Source of the DNA: an uncultured Lentisphaeraceae bacterium
GTDB lineage: Bacteria > Verrucomicrobiota > Kiritimatiellia > RFP12 > UBA1067
Direction: 5' to 3'
Assembly: GCA_964406095.1 (NCBI GenBank)
Contig: CAYOQJ010000057.1
Location: 1,342 to 65,341, forward strand
Length of the DNA stretch: 64,000 nt
Part shown: positions 45,360 through 55,444 of the stretch, one piece after another
Layout: each line of letters starts with the position of its first letter
Position numbering within the stretch: the stretch's first letter is position 1
The notes under the pieces: generated by a model
What the model saw: the letters and a program-made list of their open reading frames with translations, nothing else
Told to the model about the DNA's origin: nothing
The model's database searches: none
Made by a program: the position numbers and the translations under genes

Positions 45360-46307
45360 TTACTGAGCGAACAGGGAGTTTTGAAACTCATCCAGCGAGG
45401 CTTCAGCAGCCTGTTCACAACGTTGAACCGCCGCTTCAATCTGCTGAGCGGTCTGCTGTTGCATCAACTCAATTTCCGATTTGGAGACAATCTTCCGTTC
45501 AATCAGTGTTCTTTCAAAGGTTCTGACCGGATCTTTTTTCCAGGCATTCTCCTCCTCTTCACGACCACGATAAACACGCGGATCACCGCGTGAGTGACCG
45601 GAAAGACGGTAGGTCAGACACTCGATAACAGTCGGCCCTTTGCCTTGCCGCGCTCTGTCGGCATGATGCCGGACGCAATCGCGTACCTCTTCAAAGTTAT
45701 TGCCATCGATTCTGATGCCGGGGACTTTTAGAGCTGAGGCACGATCAGCTACACGGGGATTGGCAAGTCCACGAAAGGTGGCGGTTGACATTGCGTAGCC
45801 ATTATTTTCGATAACATATAGAACTGGCAAATTCCATAAGGCCGCTATGTTGAGGGATTCATGAAAAACACCCTGGTTTGATGCGCCGTCACCGAACATG
45901 CAGACTGCCACGCGTCCAGTTTTACGCACCTGCGCGTCCAAGGCAATACCGGTAGCGAAAGGAATGCTTCCACCGGTGATACCGTTGGCACCGTAGAAAC
46001 CGATCGACGGATCCATCATCATCTGACTGCCGCCTCGTCCTTTGGAATAGCCTATACTTTTGCCGAACAGCTCTGCCATGGCACGTGCCGGATCTGCCCC
46101 GCGGGCCAAAAAGTGTCCGTGTCCACGATGTGTGGTGGTCATTGCGTCACATGGTTGCAACGCCGCGGCCACGCCTACTGAGAGTGTCTCCTGACCGATG
46201 CAGGTGTGGGCGGTGCCCATCACACGACCTTCCAGAAAAAGTTTTTCAATTGTCTCTTCAAAATTACGAATCAGCAACATGCGCCGATAAGCTTCCTGTA
46301 AAAGCAT
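45360..46307 (-). CDS. Thiamine-diphosphate-dependent 2-oxoacid dehydrogenase E1 component, alpha subunit (AcoA/PdhA-like)
   Basis: 315 aa. Motifs: HRGHGHFLARG, the ThDP-binding motif GDGASNQGVFHESLNIAALWNLPVLYVIENNGYA, and YRLSGHS. Confidence 0.85.
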   Translation of the reverse strand: MLLQEAYRRMLLIRNFEETIEKLFLEGRVMGTAHTCIGQETLSVGVAAALQPCDAMTTTHRGHGHFLARGADPARAMAELFGKSIGYSKGRGGSQMMMDPSIGFYGANGITGGSIPFATGIALDAQVRKTGRVAVCMFGDGASNQGVFHESLNIAALWNLPVLYVIENNGYAMSTATFRGLANPRVADRASALKVPGIRIDGNNFEEVRDCVRHHADRARQGKGPTVIECLTYRLSGHSRGDPRVYRGREEEENAWKKDPVRTFERTLIERKIVSKSEIELMQQQTAQQIEAAVQRCEQAAEASLDEFQNSLFAQ

Positions 46308-46493
46308 TTTCCCCCCAATTTTTGAAGGCTATGTTATCAGACCCCGGCACTCCTTGCAAACCAAAGACGATTCCAGGATTTTTCGCTCTACCCCTTTCCT
46401 AAGGAAGTTAAACGCAATCTTTTTCCACAATTTAAAAGGAATGGGTTCGCATACTCACTCAAAGATCAGCGAAATAGAGCCCTCTCTTTGATT

Positions 46494-47504
46494 TCAGTTT
46501 TTAATGATGGGTGTGAGAACCATATTACGATAGTCCACATCGGTATGGTCGCCCTGCAGAAAGATGGGGCCGGGTTGAAACTCGTTGGATGTGATGGCTC
46601 CACCGGTACAGCCCATTGCCGGTTGATTGTCGATAATCTTCTGTCCATTTAGAATTACCGTGATATAGCGGTTGCACAGCGTTATATCGAGTGTCTGCCA
46701 TTCGCCGGCTTTTTTCTCAGCCGCAACCGTGGGAGTTATGCGCCCGTACAAAGCACCCATGTGATGGCAGTCCACCGGTTTTCCGTAGCTTTCCGCAATC
46801 TGAATCTCGTAAATGCCGCGCAGATAGATACCGCTGTTGCCATGTTCGGGAACCCTGACCTCGGTGGTGAGGCGAAAGTCGTTGAAGACTTTCTCAGTGC
46901 GGATGTTTGTGCCATGGCGTTTCTTGCCGTCCGTTCCCGTAACCCGGTTGCTCAGGACGCCGTCTTTAATGCTCCAGCAGTTGGGGGCCTTTTTATTCAT
47001 CACCCTCCATCCGCTGAGATCTTTGTCGTTGAGCAGCTTGATCGGTTCACCGTACTGCAGCGTACTCAGATCAGGTGGCGCTCCGTGCGGTGGAATCTTT
47101 TTGCCGTTGAAGCTGACCTCATTCTGGAGTTTGCCCTGCTGATCAATAATTCTGCGCTTGATTTTGATAAAATTGCCCTGCACATCCGCTTCATATAGCT
47201 CGGTATTCTGCTTGCCGCTTTTTTCTTTTTTGATGCGGGTCATCACCAGGGTATTGCCACGCGTTTTGGTTGTGTTCATACCGTATGGTGAACCGCCGCC
47301 CCAGAGCATTGAGCTGGTAAGCGAACCGTCGGGTATGCGTTCCACCCCGAGCCAGCCGGCGCCACCGTTAGGTATTATCAGAGCCCAGTTGCCGACGTAA
47401 GCAGCGGCGGCATCGGCCATGAGTGCAAGTGGAGTGCCCATGGCACACAACAGCGAGACGGCCAGCAGGCCCCCGGTTAAGTTATAGAATCTTTTATTTT
47501 TCAT
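46494..47504 (-). CDS. Secreted DUF1080 (3-keto-disaccharide hydrolase-like) jelly-roll protein
   Basis: Start at ATG 47504 (MKNKRFYNLTGGLLAVSLLCAMG). C-terminal segments FRLTTEVRVPEHGNSGIYLRGIYEIQIAESYG, GEWQTLDITL and IFLQGDHTDVDYRNMVLTPI form the DUF1080 pattern. Confidence 0.7.
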   Translation of the reverse strand: MKNKRFYNLTGGLLAVSLLCAMGTPLALMADAAAAYVGNWALIIPNGGAGWLGVERIPDGSLTSSMLWGGGSPYGMNTTKTRGNTLVMTRIKKEKSGKQNTELYEADVQGNFIKIKRRIIDQQGKLQNEVSFNGKKIPPHGAPPDLSTLQYGEPIKLLNDKDLSGWRVMNKKAPNCWSIKDGVLSNRVTGTDGKKRHGTNIRTEKVFNDFRLTTEVRVPEHGNSGIYLRGIYEIQIAESYGKPVDCHHMGALYGRITPTVAAEKKAGEWQTLDITLCNRYITVILNGQKIIDNQPAMGCTGGAITSNEFQPGPIFLQGDHTDVDYRNMVLTPIIKN

Positions 47505-47799
47505 AATGCGGTATTTTGGGGTAAAAACGTGCTGGTGACAAGTCAAAATACTGCAATCCGCTCTTCAATATCCTCTCTGAAGATGTTACTATATCAAAGT
47601 TTCCTTCGAGAACCTTTTCGAATGGCATCCGGCTATGTTCTCCGGAAATGCGGCAGAGAGTTGCTTGGAAAGTAAAAGAGCCGGTTAAGTTATTGTCGGC
47701 TGAACAAGGGGTTCATAAAACAATCAGAGATTTTTTTAAATGGTTGTATATGTCAAAGTTGTATGAAAAGGCATGAAAACGGTTAAAGAGGGGGAGAAG

Positions 47800-48990
47800 A
47801 TGATTGAACGTCGCAGTTTTTTAAGAGTTGCCGGAAGCGCGTTGAGTGGCAGTATGGTTGCTGGTTGTTCGGTCTGCCGCTTTGGCAGGAAAAGAAGTGT
47901 ACCGCCGCATCTGAAGGATTACGCGGTTCAGTATGCTGCTGATCCGCGTACGGCGGCACAGCAGTGGTTCAAAGAGGCCGGGTTCGGACTTTTTCTGCAT
48001 TACGGACTTTACTCGCTGCTTGAGGGTGAGTGGAACGGAGTGGAGTCAAAACCGGCGGAGTGGATCATGTTGCGAGCCAAAATACCGATCCGGGAGTATG
48101 AAAAACTGGCGGCTCGTTTCAATCCTGCTGAGTTCGATGCTGATTTCATTACCGATCTGGCACTTGCGGCGGGCATGAAGTACGTGAACCTCACCAGTAA
48201 GCATCATGACGGTTTCTGCCTTTTCGATCCGGGCAGGGGCAGCTGGAATTCGGTAGCCGCCAGTGGTCGTGATTTGTGTGGTGAATTGGCGGAACAGTGC
48301 CATAAAAAGGGGTTGGGTTGTTTCTTTTATTATTCATTGCTTGCGGATTGGCACCATCCATATTTTTATCCCCGCGTGTACAATCAGATCGCACGACCGG
48401 ATTATCTTGAAGAGCCAGAGCAGTATCTGTTTCGCAGTGATGAAGACTTTAAAAAATATCTGGCGGACGCGACTATGCACATTAGAGCACTGCTGACAAA
48501 CTACGGTGATGTGGCGGGCATCTGGATTGATCCGCTGATGGGATATTACGGCAGACCGGATCTCTTTCCGATGAATGAAATCTACGCGATGATCCGCGAC
48601 ATTCAGCCGCACTGTCTGATCAGTGCCAAACAGGGCATTACCGGTAGTGAGGATTTTGCGGCACCTGAGCGTAGCGGTAGCTCTCTGACAGAGCGGATTA
48701 CCAAACAGTACGGAGCTGAGGCTGGCAAAATAGCGGCCCATGCCTGGGAGCTCAATCGTCACAAACATAATGAGATTTGCGACACCCTGCAGCCTCACAG
48801 CTGGGGACATATGCGAAAAGATGACGGTAAACACAAAAAACCCTCTGAGGTGCTTGCAATGCTGAGCAAAGCCCGACAGGCGAATGCCAATCTGTTGCTA
48901 AACTCAGGACCATTGCCGAACGGAGCGATTCATCCCGAGGACGTGGCGACTCTGCGGAGGGTTGGTGAAATGCTGAACAAGAATCGGTAG
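47800..48990 (+). CDS. Alpha-L-fucosidase (GH29), Tat-type leader
   Basis: Start at ATG 47800, preceded by agaggggga (an alternative ATG lies at 47773). Leader MIERRSFLRVAGSAL. GH29 pattern: WFKEAGFGLFLHYGLYS...KYVNLTSKHHDGFCLFD. Confidence 0.8.
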   Translation: MIERRSFLRVAGSALSGSMVAGCSVCRFGRKRSVPPHLKDYAVQYAADPRTAAQQWFKEAGFGLFLHYGLYSLLEGEWNGVESKPAEWIMLRAKIPIREYEKLAARFNPAEFDADFITDLALAAGMKYVNLTSKHHDGFCLFDPGRGSWNSVAASGRDLCGELAEQCHKKGLGCFFYYSLLADWHHPYFYPRVYNQIARPDYLEEPEQYLFRSDEDFKKYLADATMHIRALLTNYGDVAGIWIDPLMGYYGRPDLFPMNEIYAMIRDIQPHCLISAKQGITGSEDFAAPERSGSSLTERITKQYGAEAGKIAAHAWELNRHKHNEICDTLQPHSWGHMRKDDGKHKKPSEVLAMLSKARQANANLLLNSGPLPNGAIHPEDVATLRRVGEMLNKNR

Positions 48991-49110
48991 TGTTCCACAA
49001 ATTTCAGAGGGGACAAAGGGATTTACGTCATTGCAAAGTGACGGTCGAGAATGTATTATTCATCCACGTGAAAGGTTGCCGTTACCAAACCGCAACATGG
49101 ATATTCTGTT

Positions 49111-50688
49111 ATGACATATTTAACATGGTATGATTTAAGTGATGCCACTGTCGGGCTGCTTTTCGGTATTGCCGGGGTGCTGGGTGGTTACGCTCTGCGC
49201 GGGCTGATTGGCCGCTGGCAGGCCGACGCCATCGAAAAACGCGCACGCATGGTACTTGAAGAGGCCGAGGGTGAGGTCAAGTCCAAGCTGAAGGAGGCCG
49301 ATATTCTGGCCCGCGCCGAGGTGGTCAAGGCGCGCGAAGAGTTTGAGAAGTCAACCAAGACACGCCGTCAGGAGCTGCAGGAGATCGCCGATCGTCTGGC
49401 CGGGCGTGAGGACCAGTTGGACAAGCGCTCTCTGTCGCTTGATACCAAGGAGCAGAGTCTTTCGGCAAAACTGGAGAACTATACCAATGCCAGTGAAAAG
49501 TTGCAGCAGGATCGCAAAAAAGTTGACCGGATGACAGATGAAGCCGATCGGCGTCTGCAGACGCTGGCTGGTTTCACGCATGAACAGGCGCGCAAAGAGC
49601 TTTATAGCAGAGCGGAAGACGAGGTGCGCAGTGAATCCGGCAATCTGATCAGACGGGTGCAGGAGGAGGCCAGGGAGATTGCTGACCGTGAAGCCTCCCG
49701 GATTGTCTCTCTGGCTGTGCAGCGTTTCGCCATTGCGCACTCATCGGATATTATGACTAGCTCAGTCTCCCTCGAGAGTGATGAAATTAAAGGACGCATC
49801 ATCGGGCGGGAGGGACGTAATATCCGCACATTGGAATCGCTGACCGGAGTTACTTTGCTGGTAGATGATACCCCCGAGATGGTGGTCATATCGGGGTTTG
49901 ATCCGATCCGGCGCGAGATAGCACGTCAGTCGCTGGAGCAGCTCGTCGCGGATGGGCGCATTCATCCGCAGCGTATCGAAGAGGTAGTGCAGAGTGTCAC
50001 TGAAAATATCAATAAAACAATCTACGAGGCGGCGGAAAGCGCGGCCTTCGATGCCCAGGTGCAGGGAATTCCATCCGAAATACTGAGAGTTATCGGTCGG
50101 TTGAGATTTCGTACCAGTTACACTCAGAATGTGCTGGCACATTCTGTGGAGGTGGCACATTTGATGGGCTTGATGGCGGCTGAATTGGGTTATGATTCCG
50201 CATTGGCCCGCCGTATCGGTTTTCTGCATGACATCGGCAAGGCGATGGATCACACGATTGATGGTCCGCATGCTATCATCGGCGCTGGATTTCTGCGCAA
50301 ACATGGCGAGAGTGATGAGGTTTGCAACGGAGTGGCCGCGCATCATGGCGAGGCGGACAGTAGCGGGATGTATGGGGTGCTCTGTTCTGCGGCGGACGCG
50401 ATTTCCAGTTCGCGTCCCGGTGCCAGAGCGGAGACCCTCGGAGTATATGTCCAGCGACTTGAGAAGCTTGAGTCTATCGCCAATAGCTATCCGGGAGTAA
50501 ACAAAAGTTTCGCGGTGCAGGCCGGACGAGAGGTCAGGGTTATTGTTGACCCTGACAAGGTCACTGATGATGAGGCCGCTGTTATGGCGCGAGAGATCAG
50601 CGGCGAGATTTCTTCTGCAATAAAGTTCCCCGGTCAGATCAGGGTTGTGGTTGTGCGTGAAACCCGATCGGTTGACTATGCACGTTAA
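49111..50688 (+). CDS. rny: Ribonuclease Y
   Basis: 525 aa. It has an N-terminal TM helix, a coiled coil, a KH domain (IIGREGRNIRTLESLTGV) and an HD domain (HSVEVAHLMG...LHDIGK). Confidence 0.9.
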   Translation: MTYLTWYDLSDATVGLLFGIAGVLGGYALRGLIGRWQADAIEKRARMVLEEAEGEVKSKLKEADILARAEVVKAREEFEKSTKTRRQELQEIADRLAGREDQLDKRSLSLDTKEQSLSAKLENYTNASEKLQQDRKKVDRMTDEADRRLQTLAGFTHEQARKELYSRAEDEVRSESGNLIRRVQEEAREIADREASRIVSLAVQRFAIAHSSDIMTSSVSLESDEIKGRIIGREGRNIRTLESLTGVTLLVDDTPEMVVISGFDPIRREIARQSLEQLVADGRIHPQRIEEVVQSVTENINKTIYEAAESAAFDAQVQGIPSEILRVIGRLRFRTSYTQNVLAHSVEVAHLMGLMAAELGYDSALARRIGFLHDIGKAMDHTIDGPHAIIGAGFLRKHGESDEVCNGVAAHHGEADSSGMYGVLCSAADAISSSRPGARAETLGVYVQRLEKLESIANSYPGVNKSFAVQAGREVRVIVDPDKVTDDEAAVMAREISGEISSAIKFPGQIRVVVVRETRSVDYAR

Positions 50689-50700
50689 GAGAATTTAGAA

Positions 50701-51504
50701 ATGAAAATTTTAATTGTAGGCGACATGGTCGGCAGTTCCGGCAGAAGAGTTTTTAAGAATGTAGTGGCGAAACTGCGTACTGCTGGTGATGTGCATCTGG
50801 TTATTGCTAATGCTGAGAATGTCGCTGCTGGCAATGGTATAACCCGGGCTTTGGCGGATGAGTTATTCAAAGCCGGTGCTGATGTGATCACAATGGGTGA
50901 TCATGTTTGGGGCCAGCGTGAGTTGGAGGGGTGCATCGATCAGATTGAAAATTTGGTACGTCCGTTGAATTTTCCTGATGGCACACCGGGAAAAGGATGT
51001 GTTGTCTTTCAGAGTTCTTTCGGTGCAATTGCGGTTGTGAATCTGCAGGGGCGGGTTTTTATGAACCCGATTGATTGTCCGTTTCGTGCCATCGACCGTC
51101 TGCTGGATACGCTTCCCAGAAACATACCTGTTATAGTTGATTTTCACGCCGAGGCCACCTCTGAGAAAATTGCCATGGGCTATCATTTGGATGGCCGAGT
51201 AACCGCGGTTGTTGGCACTCACACTCATGTTCAGACCAGCGACGCGCGTGTTCTGCCGGGTGGCACCGCCTATTTGACCGATCTCGGTATGACGGGAACG
51301 GTACGTTCGGTGCTTGGCAGAGACCCTGCGGCGGTTCTGAAAAAATTTAAAAGCGGCATGCCGGTGCGGCTTGATGTTGCCAAAGGAATTGCTGCCCTTG
51401 AGGGAGCTCTGCTTGAGATCGACCGGACAAGCGGTGCTGTCAGTTCATTCAAGAGCTGCCGCTACCAGGAAAAGGAGCCTGGCGGAGAGATTTTCACACT
51501 TTAA
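50701..51504 (+). CDS. ymdB: YmdB-family metallophosphoesterase (2',3'-cyclic-nucleotide phosphodiesterase-like)
   Basis: 267 aa. Motifs: MKILIVGDMVGSSGR, ANAENVAAGNGIT, GTHTHVQTSD. It follows rny, which is the conserved arrangement. Confidence 0.85.
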   Translation: MKILIVGDMVGSSGRRVFKNVVAKLRTAGDVHLVIANAENVAAGNGITRALADELFKAGADVITMGDHVWGQRELEGCIDQIENLVRPLNFPDGTPGKGCVVFQSSFGAIAVVNLQGRVFMNPIDCPFRAIDRLLDTLPRNIPVIVDFHAEATSEKIAMGYHLDGRVTAVVGTHTHVQTSDARVLPGGTAYLTDLGMTGTVRSVLGRDPAAVLKKFKSGMPVRLDVAKGIAALEGALLEIDRTSGAVSSFKSCRYQEKEPGGEIFTL

Positions 51505-51507
51505 TCC

Positions 51508-52884
51508 ATGATTGCAATGATGTTGAATCCGAATCCCAGAGTTTTATCCATTTCAGAGCTGACACACCGGATCAAGGGAATTTTGTCGGAGGAAATCGGC
51601 AGTGTAGTTGTGCAGGGTGAGATATCCAACATCAAGCGTTACAGTTCAGGTCACACCTATTTCGTGTTGAAGGATGAGCGGGCGCAGTTGAACGCGGTTC
51701 TTTTTGCGGGGGCGCGTGCGCAGTTGAACGTCGAGAGTTGCCTGAAAGACGGGCAATTGGTTAGAGCCGGAGGACAGATTTCAGTTTTTGAAGGGCGGGG
51801 CCAGTATCAGCTTATAGTGCGTAAAATTGAGGGTGCTGGTATCGGGCAACTGCTGGAACGTTATGAGCAGCTGAAAAAGAAGTTGTCGGAGGATGGTTTG
51901 TTTGATCAGGCGCACAAGCAGCCGCTTCCGCTGTTGCCCGGACGGATCGGCGTTGTCACTTCACCCTCCGGAGCGGTGATTCATGATATGCTGAATGTGC
52001 TACGACGCAGATTCCCGAATATGAATGTACTTTTGGCACCGGTCAAGGTTCAAGGTGAAGGTGCCGCTGAATCAATTGCCAGAGCGGTGCGGTGGTTGAA
52101 TGAATCCTGCGGAGAGGGAAGTTCGCGTCAGGTGGATGTGATTATTGTGGGACGCGGCGGTGGCAGTCTTGAGGATTTATGGGCTTTCAATGAAGAGATT
52201 GTCGCCCGCGCCATCTATGAATCGCGAATTCCTGTGATCTCGGCGGTTGGTCATGAGGTGGATTACGCGCTGAGTGATTTTGTCGCCGACTTACGCGCCC
52301 CGACACCCTCGGCAGCGGCTGAGCTGGTGGTGAGGTCCAGAGCTGAGTTTGAAAGTCTGCTGCAACAGCGCGCAGATCAGATGAAACGTCTGCTGTTGCA
52401 GCGATGCGATATACTGAGACATCGTCTGCGTCGATCAGCCTCATCACCGGTACTTAATCATCCGGATCAGGCAATGGCACGCTATGCACAGAGAGTTGAC
52501 CATCTGGATATGCGTCTCCGACATGCTGTACGGCGTGAGCTTCTACGTGTCAGAGGCCGCTATGATCGAAGTTGCGCCGGTTTCAACCACCTGCGCGAAA
52601 GAAAAATTGATGATTTGCGCACTAGACTTGGCGGTTATTGGGAGAACATGCGACGTTGTGTACAAACGCGCTGTCTGCGTTTGCGGGATAGCATGGAACA
52701 CCATGAACGTCAGTTGCTGTTGCTAAATCCCTTGAATATATTAGAACGCGGTTATTCACTGACACGGACGAAAGACGGCTTGTTGATAAGGAGTGTGGCC
52801 GATGTGAAGTCCGGGAGCGTTGTGCTCACAATGCTCAAGGATGGCAAGCTGATCTCGGAAGTCAGTACTGTATGTATCGATTGA
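51508..52884 (+). CDS. xseA: Exodeoxyribonuclease VII large subunit
   Basis: 458 aa. OB-fold N-terminus LSISELTHRIKGILSEEIGSVVVQGEISNIKRYSSGHTYFVLKD. Catalytic region IIVGRGGGSLEDLWAFNEE, followed by a coiled-coil tail. Confidence 0.85.
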   Translation: MIAMMLNPNPRVLSISELTHRIKGILSEEIGSVVVQGEISNIKRYSSGHTYFVLKDERAQLNAVLFAGARAQLNVESCLKDGQLVRAGGQISVFEGRGQYQLIVRKIEGAGIGQLLERYEQLKKKLSEDGLFDQAHKQPLPLLPGRIGVVTSPSGAVIHDMLNVLRRRFPNMNVLLAPVKVQGEGAAESIARAVRWLNESCGEGSSRQVDVIIVGRGGGSLEDLWAFNEEIVARAIYESRIPVISAVGHEVDYALSDFVADLRAPTPSAAAELVVRSRAEFESLLQQRADQMKRLLLQRCDILRHRLRRSASSPVLNHPDQAMARYAQRVDHLDMRLRHAVRRELLRVRGRYDRSCAGFNHLRERKIDDLRTRLGGYWENMRRCVQTRCLRLRDSMEHHERQLLLLNPLNILERGYSLTRTKDGLLIRSVADVKSGSVVLTMLKDGKLISEVSTVCID

Positions 52885-52968
52885 TTATAAATGTCGTTGC
52901 CTTATCGATACGATATGAAGGCAGAATATCGGAAGACGGGAACTGATTTAAGAAGAGAGGAAGGTGTG

Positions 52969-53205
52969 ATGAGCGAAAAAAAGAAGCTTAGCTTTGAGGA
53001 GTCGTTGACGCGTCTTGATAAGATTGTGGAGGAGATGGAGTCCGATAAAATGGAGTTGAACGCGATGATCAGCGCTTTTGAAGAGGGGCAGCGACTGGTC
53101 GGGGATTGTAACGCTATGTTGCGGGAGGTGGAGTGTAAAATTGAAAAGGTGATTAGAGACGGTCCTGATGGTGGCGAGACGGTTCCCTTCGAAGATGCGG
53201 AGTGA
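52969..53205 (+). CDS. xseB: Exodeoxyribonuclease VII small subunit
   Basis: Start at ATG 52969, preceded by agaggaagg (the ORF track begins at 52891). The sequence MSEKKKLSFEESLTRLDKIVEEMESDKMELNAMISAFEEGQRLV is the typical XseB pattern. Confidence 0.8.
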   Translation: MSEKKKLSFEESLTRLDKIVEEMESDKMELNAMISAFEEGQRLVGDCNAMLREVECKIEKVIRDGPDGGETVPFEDAE

Positions 53206-53248
53206 GTCCGGATTTTTGGTTTGACGGCTTATTTAAAAAGAGGAGTTT

Positions 53249-54085
53249 ATGTCTGTTAAAGTTAATCAAGTTGAGATAGAAGATTCGGCTGTACAGATCG
53301 AAATTGAGCGGCTTAGGGTTGACTATGAGCGTTATGTGCGGGAAAATGGCGGTGAGCCTGATGCACAGCAACTGCACGAATGGGCAGTTGAGAATCTGAT
53401 CGAGAAGGAGTTGTTAACCCAGGAGGCACTGCGTTCGCAGGCTGAACCGAATGCTGCACAGGTGGCATCTTATCTGAAAGACAACGCCGATTCGTTTGAT
53501 GCAGAGCTTTCCGATGAAGAAAAGCGTGAGTTGTGTGTTCGCGATATCAAAATCCGCGCACTTGTAAAGTCGGTTCGCAAGGGGGTTGAACCGCCCTCGG
53601 AGGAGGATTTGCTCAGGGAGTATCACGAGCATATAGAGCGTTTCACTGTTCCGGAATCACTGCGGGTTTCGCACATCAGCCGTCTGCCGCGCGCCGCAGA
53701 GAGTAGGTCGCAGGCTTATCTGGAGCTGCTGGATATTCGCCAGAAGATTGAAAATTTTGAGCTTACCTGGATGGAAGCATTGTCCCGGTCGGATACCTAC
53801 GCCGAAGACATGGGTGTTTTTGATACTGTCATCCGGGGTCTGTTTCCAAGTGAGGTGGAGGAGCAGCTGTTTGCTCTGAATCGCGGTCAGGTGAGTGATG
53901 TCATCGAACTTGAGCATACCAATTCATTGCATATTTTCAGAATACTGGTGAAAAGGGATGCGGAGGTGATACCGTTTGAGGATGTGCGTGAAGATATCCA
54001 TTCGATGCTCTTTAACGATGCCGCTGAAAATGCGCTCAATGACCTGGTAGACCAACTGAAACAGAGTGCCGATATCAAACGATGA
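53249..54085 (+). CDS. Parvulin-type peptidyl-prolyl isomerase (SurA/PrsA/PpiD-like)
   Basis: 278 aa. A SurA-N-like helical N-terminus is followed by a rotamase region: ESLRVSHI...GVFDTVIRGLFPSEVEEQLFALNRGQVSDVIELEHTNSLHIFRIL. Confidence 0.6.
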   Translation: MSVKVNQVEIEDSAVQIEIERLRVDYERYVRENGGEPDAQQLHEWAVENLIEKELLTQEALRSQAEPNAAQVASYLKDNADSFDAELSDEEKRELCVRDIKIRALVKSVRKGVEPPSEEDLLREYHEHIERFTVPESLRVSHISRLPRAAESRSQAYLELLDIRQKIENFELTWMEALSRSDTYAEDMGVFDTVIRGLFPSEVEEQLFALNRGQVSDVIELEHTNSLHIFRILVKRDAEVIPFEDVREDIHSMLFNDAAENALNDLVDQLKQSADIKR

Positions 54086-54196
54086 GACGCTCTGTTAAAC
54101 GCGATATAATTGCGAAATAAGTGTGTACGGCATGAAATATCGGGAAGCGGTGAGAGCGGTTTGCCCGCCGGATGAAAGCCGTTAATCACAATTGAC

Positions 54197-55444
54197 ATGG
54201 GGAAACAAATGAAATTTGTTTTTTACACAGGTGCTTTACTGATGCTCATGCTGGCCGCACAGTGTCGAGCAGCTGAGTTTTCAGTTACCGATTTCGGTGC
54301 GGTAGGTGATGGAAAAACAGATGCGAGTCGGTCTTTTATTAAAACTTTAAAAGCGGCGGTTGACCATCCGCACGCGATTGTGCGTATTCCGGCGGGCGAA
54401 TATCTGCTGAATCATTGCGTTCAGGTTGCCTTTCGCGGTGCGGTTGACAACGGTTTGGCAATCGAGGGTGACGGACAGGGAGTCACCGTGATCCGTTGTG
54501 CCAACACCAATGGAGCATTCAGCATTCGTAGCGAGTTGTGCCAGAGCATGGTTTCGATTCGTGATCTGACTCTGGTGGCTGATCTTGCCGGTGCCGGCAC
54601 TGCGATTGAGGTGACATCCTCGCTACGGGGGGTGCGCAATTACCGCACCTTGACTGTCGAGAATGTTGATATGCGCGGTTCCGGTCTGCCTACCCGCAAA
54701 TATTTCAATCGCGGTCTGAAAGCGTATGCACAGTGGCGTCCGCTTTTTCGTAATGTTATTTTCGGCGGGATGCTTGATCCGGAACTCAAAAGCAGATTGC
54801 ATGAAAACAACGTGCGGGAGATATATTTTGATCCGGAGTATGCTTTTTGTGCAGATTGGTGTTACGCGCCCTCTTTTCAGCATTGTTACGCCTGGTCCTG
54901 TCACACCGGTTATCAATTGGTTTCACACGGTCTCAAACCGGAAGGCCCTGAGGATAGCGCGTTTTATCGCTGTTTCGCCGTTGAGGTGGTGGTGGGAATC
55001 GATATCGATACACCTACCATAGAACCTCAGCTGGTTATCGATTCCTGCCACATAAACAGTCGGGAGGTTGGCCTGCGCATCAGTAATCGCAAATTCTTTC
55101 ACATTGTAAACTCGCTTTTTTACACTCTCAACGAGATTGAATATCCCTATGTGGATATCGATCTGCAAAATTGCTGGGCCGGTTTTGTCCATGGCAATAT
55201 GTTTCATTCGCCGCACCCTGACAATATGAAAATGCGTCCGCGCTCGCTGCGCACATGTATCGCGCTTGACAACCGTAGCAGAAGTATTATGATTTCAGGT
55301 AATACATTTAATGGTAAAGGCAAAGCTTTTGCGGTCGCAGACAAGGCCGTTGGTATAACCATCAATAACAACATGATTATTAACCGCCACGTTGAAAAAC
55401 AGGCAGGTCAGAAGAATCGAGGAAAAAATGAGCAGCATGAATAA
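54197..55444 (+). CDS. Secreted right-handed beta-helix protein (Pectate_lyase_3 / GH28-related fold)
   Basis: 415 aa with a signal peptide (MKFVFYTGALLMLMLAAQCRA). The N-terminal motif is FSVTDFGAVGDGKTDASRSFIKTLKAAV...VRIPAGEYLL. Confidence 0.6.
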   Translation: MGKQMKFVFYTGALLMLMLAAQCRAAEFSVTDFGAVGDGKTDASRSFIKTLKAAVDHPHAIVRIPAGEYLLNHCVQVAFRGAVDNGLAIEGDGQGVTVIRCANTNGAFSIRSELCQSMVSIRDLTLVADLAGAGTAIEVTSSLRGVRNYRTLTVENVDMRGSGLPTRKYFNRGLKAYAQWRPLFRNVIFGGMLDPELKSRLHENNVREIYFDPEYAFCADWCYAPSFQHCYAWSCHTGYQLVSHGLKPEGPEDSAFYRCFAVEVVVGIDIDTPTIEPQLVIDSCHINSREVGLRISNRKFFHIVNSLFYTLNEIEYPYVDIDLQNCWAGFVHGNMFHSPHPDNMKMRPRSLRTCIALDNRSRSIMISGNTFNGKGKAFAVADKAVGITINNNMIINRHVEKQAGQKNRGKNEQHE

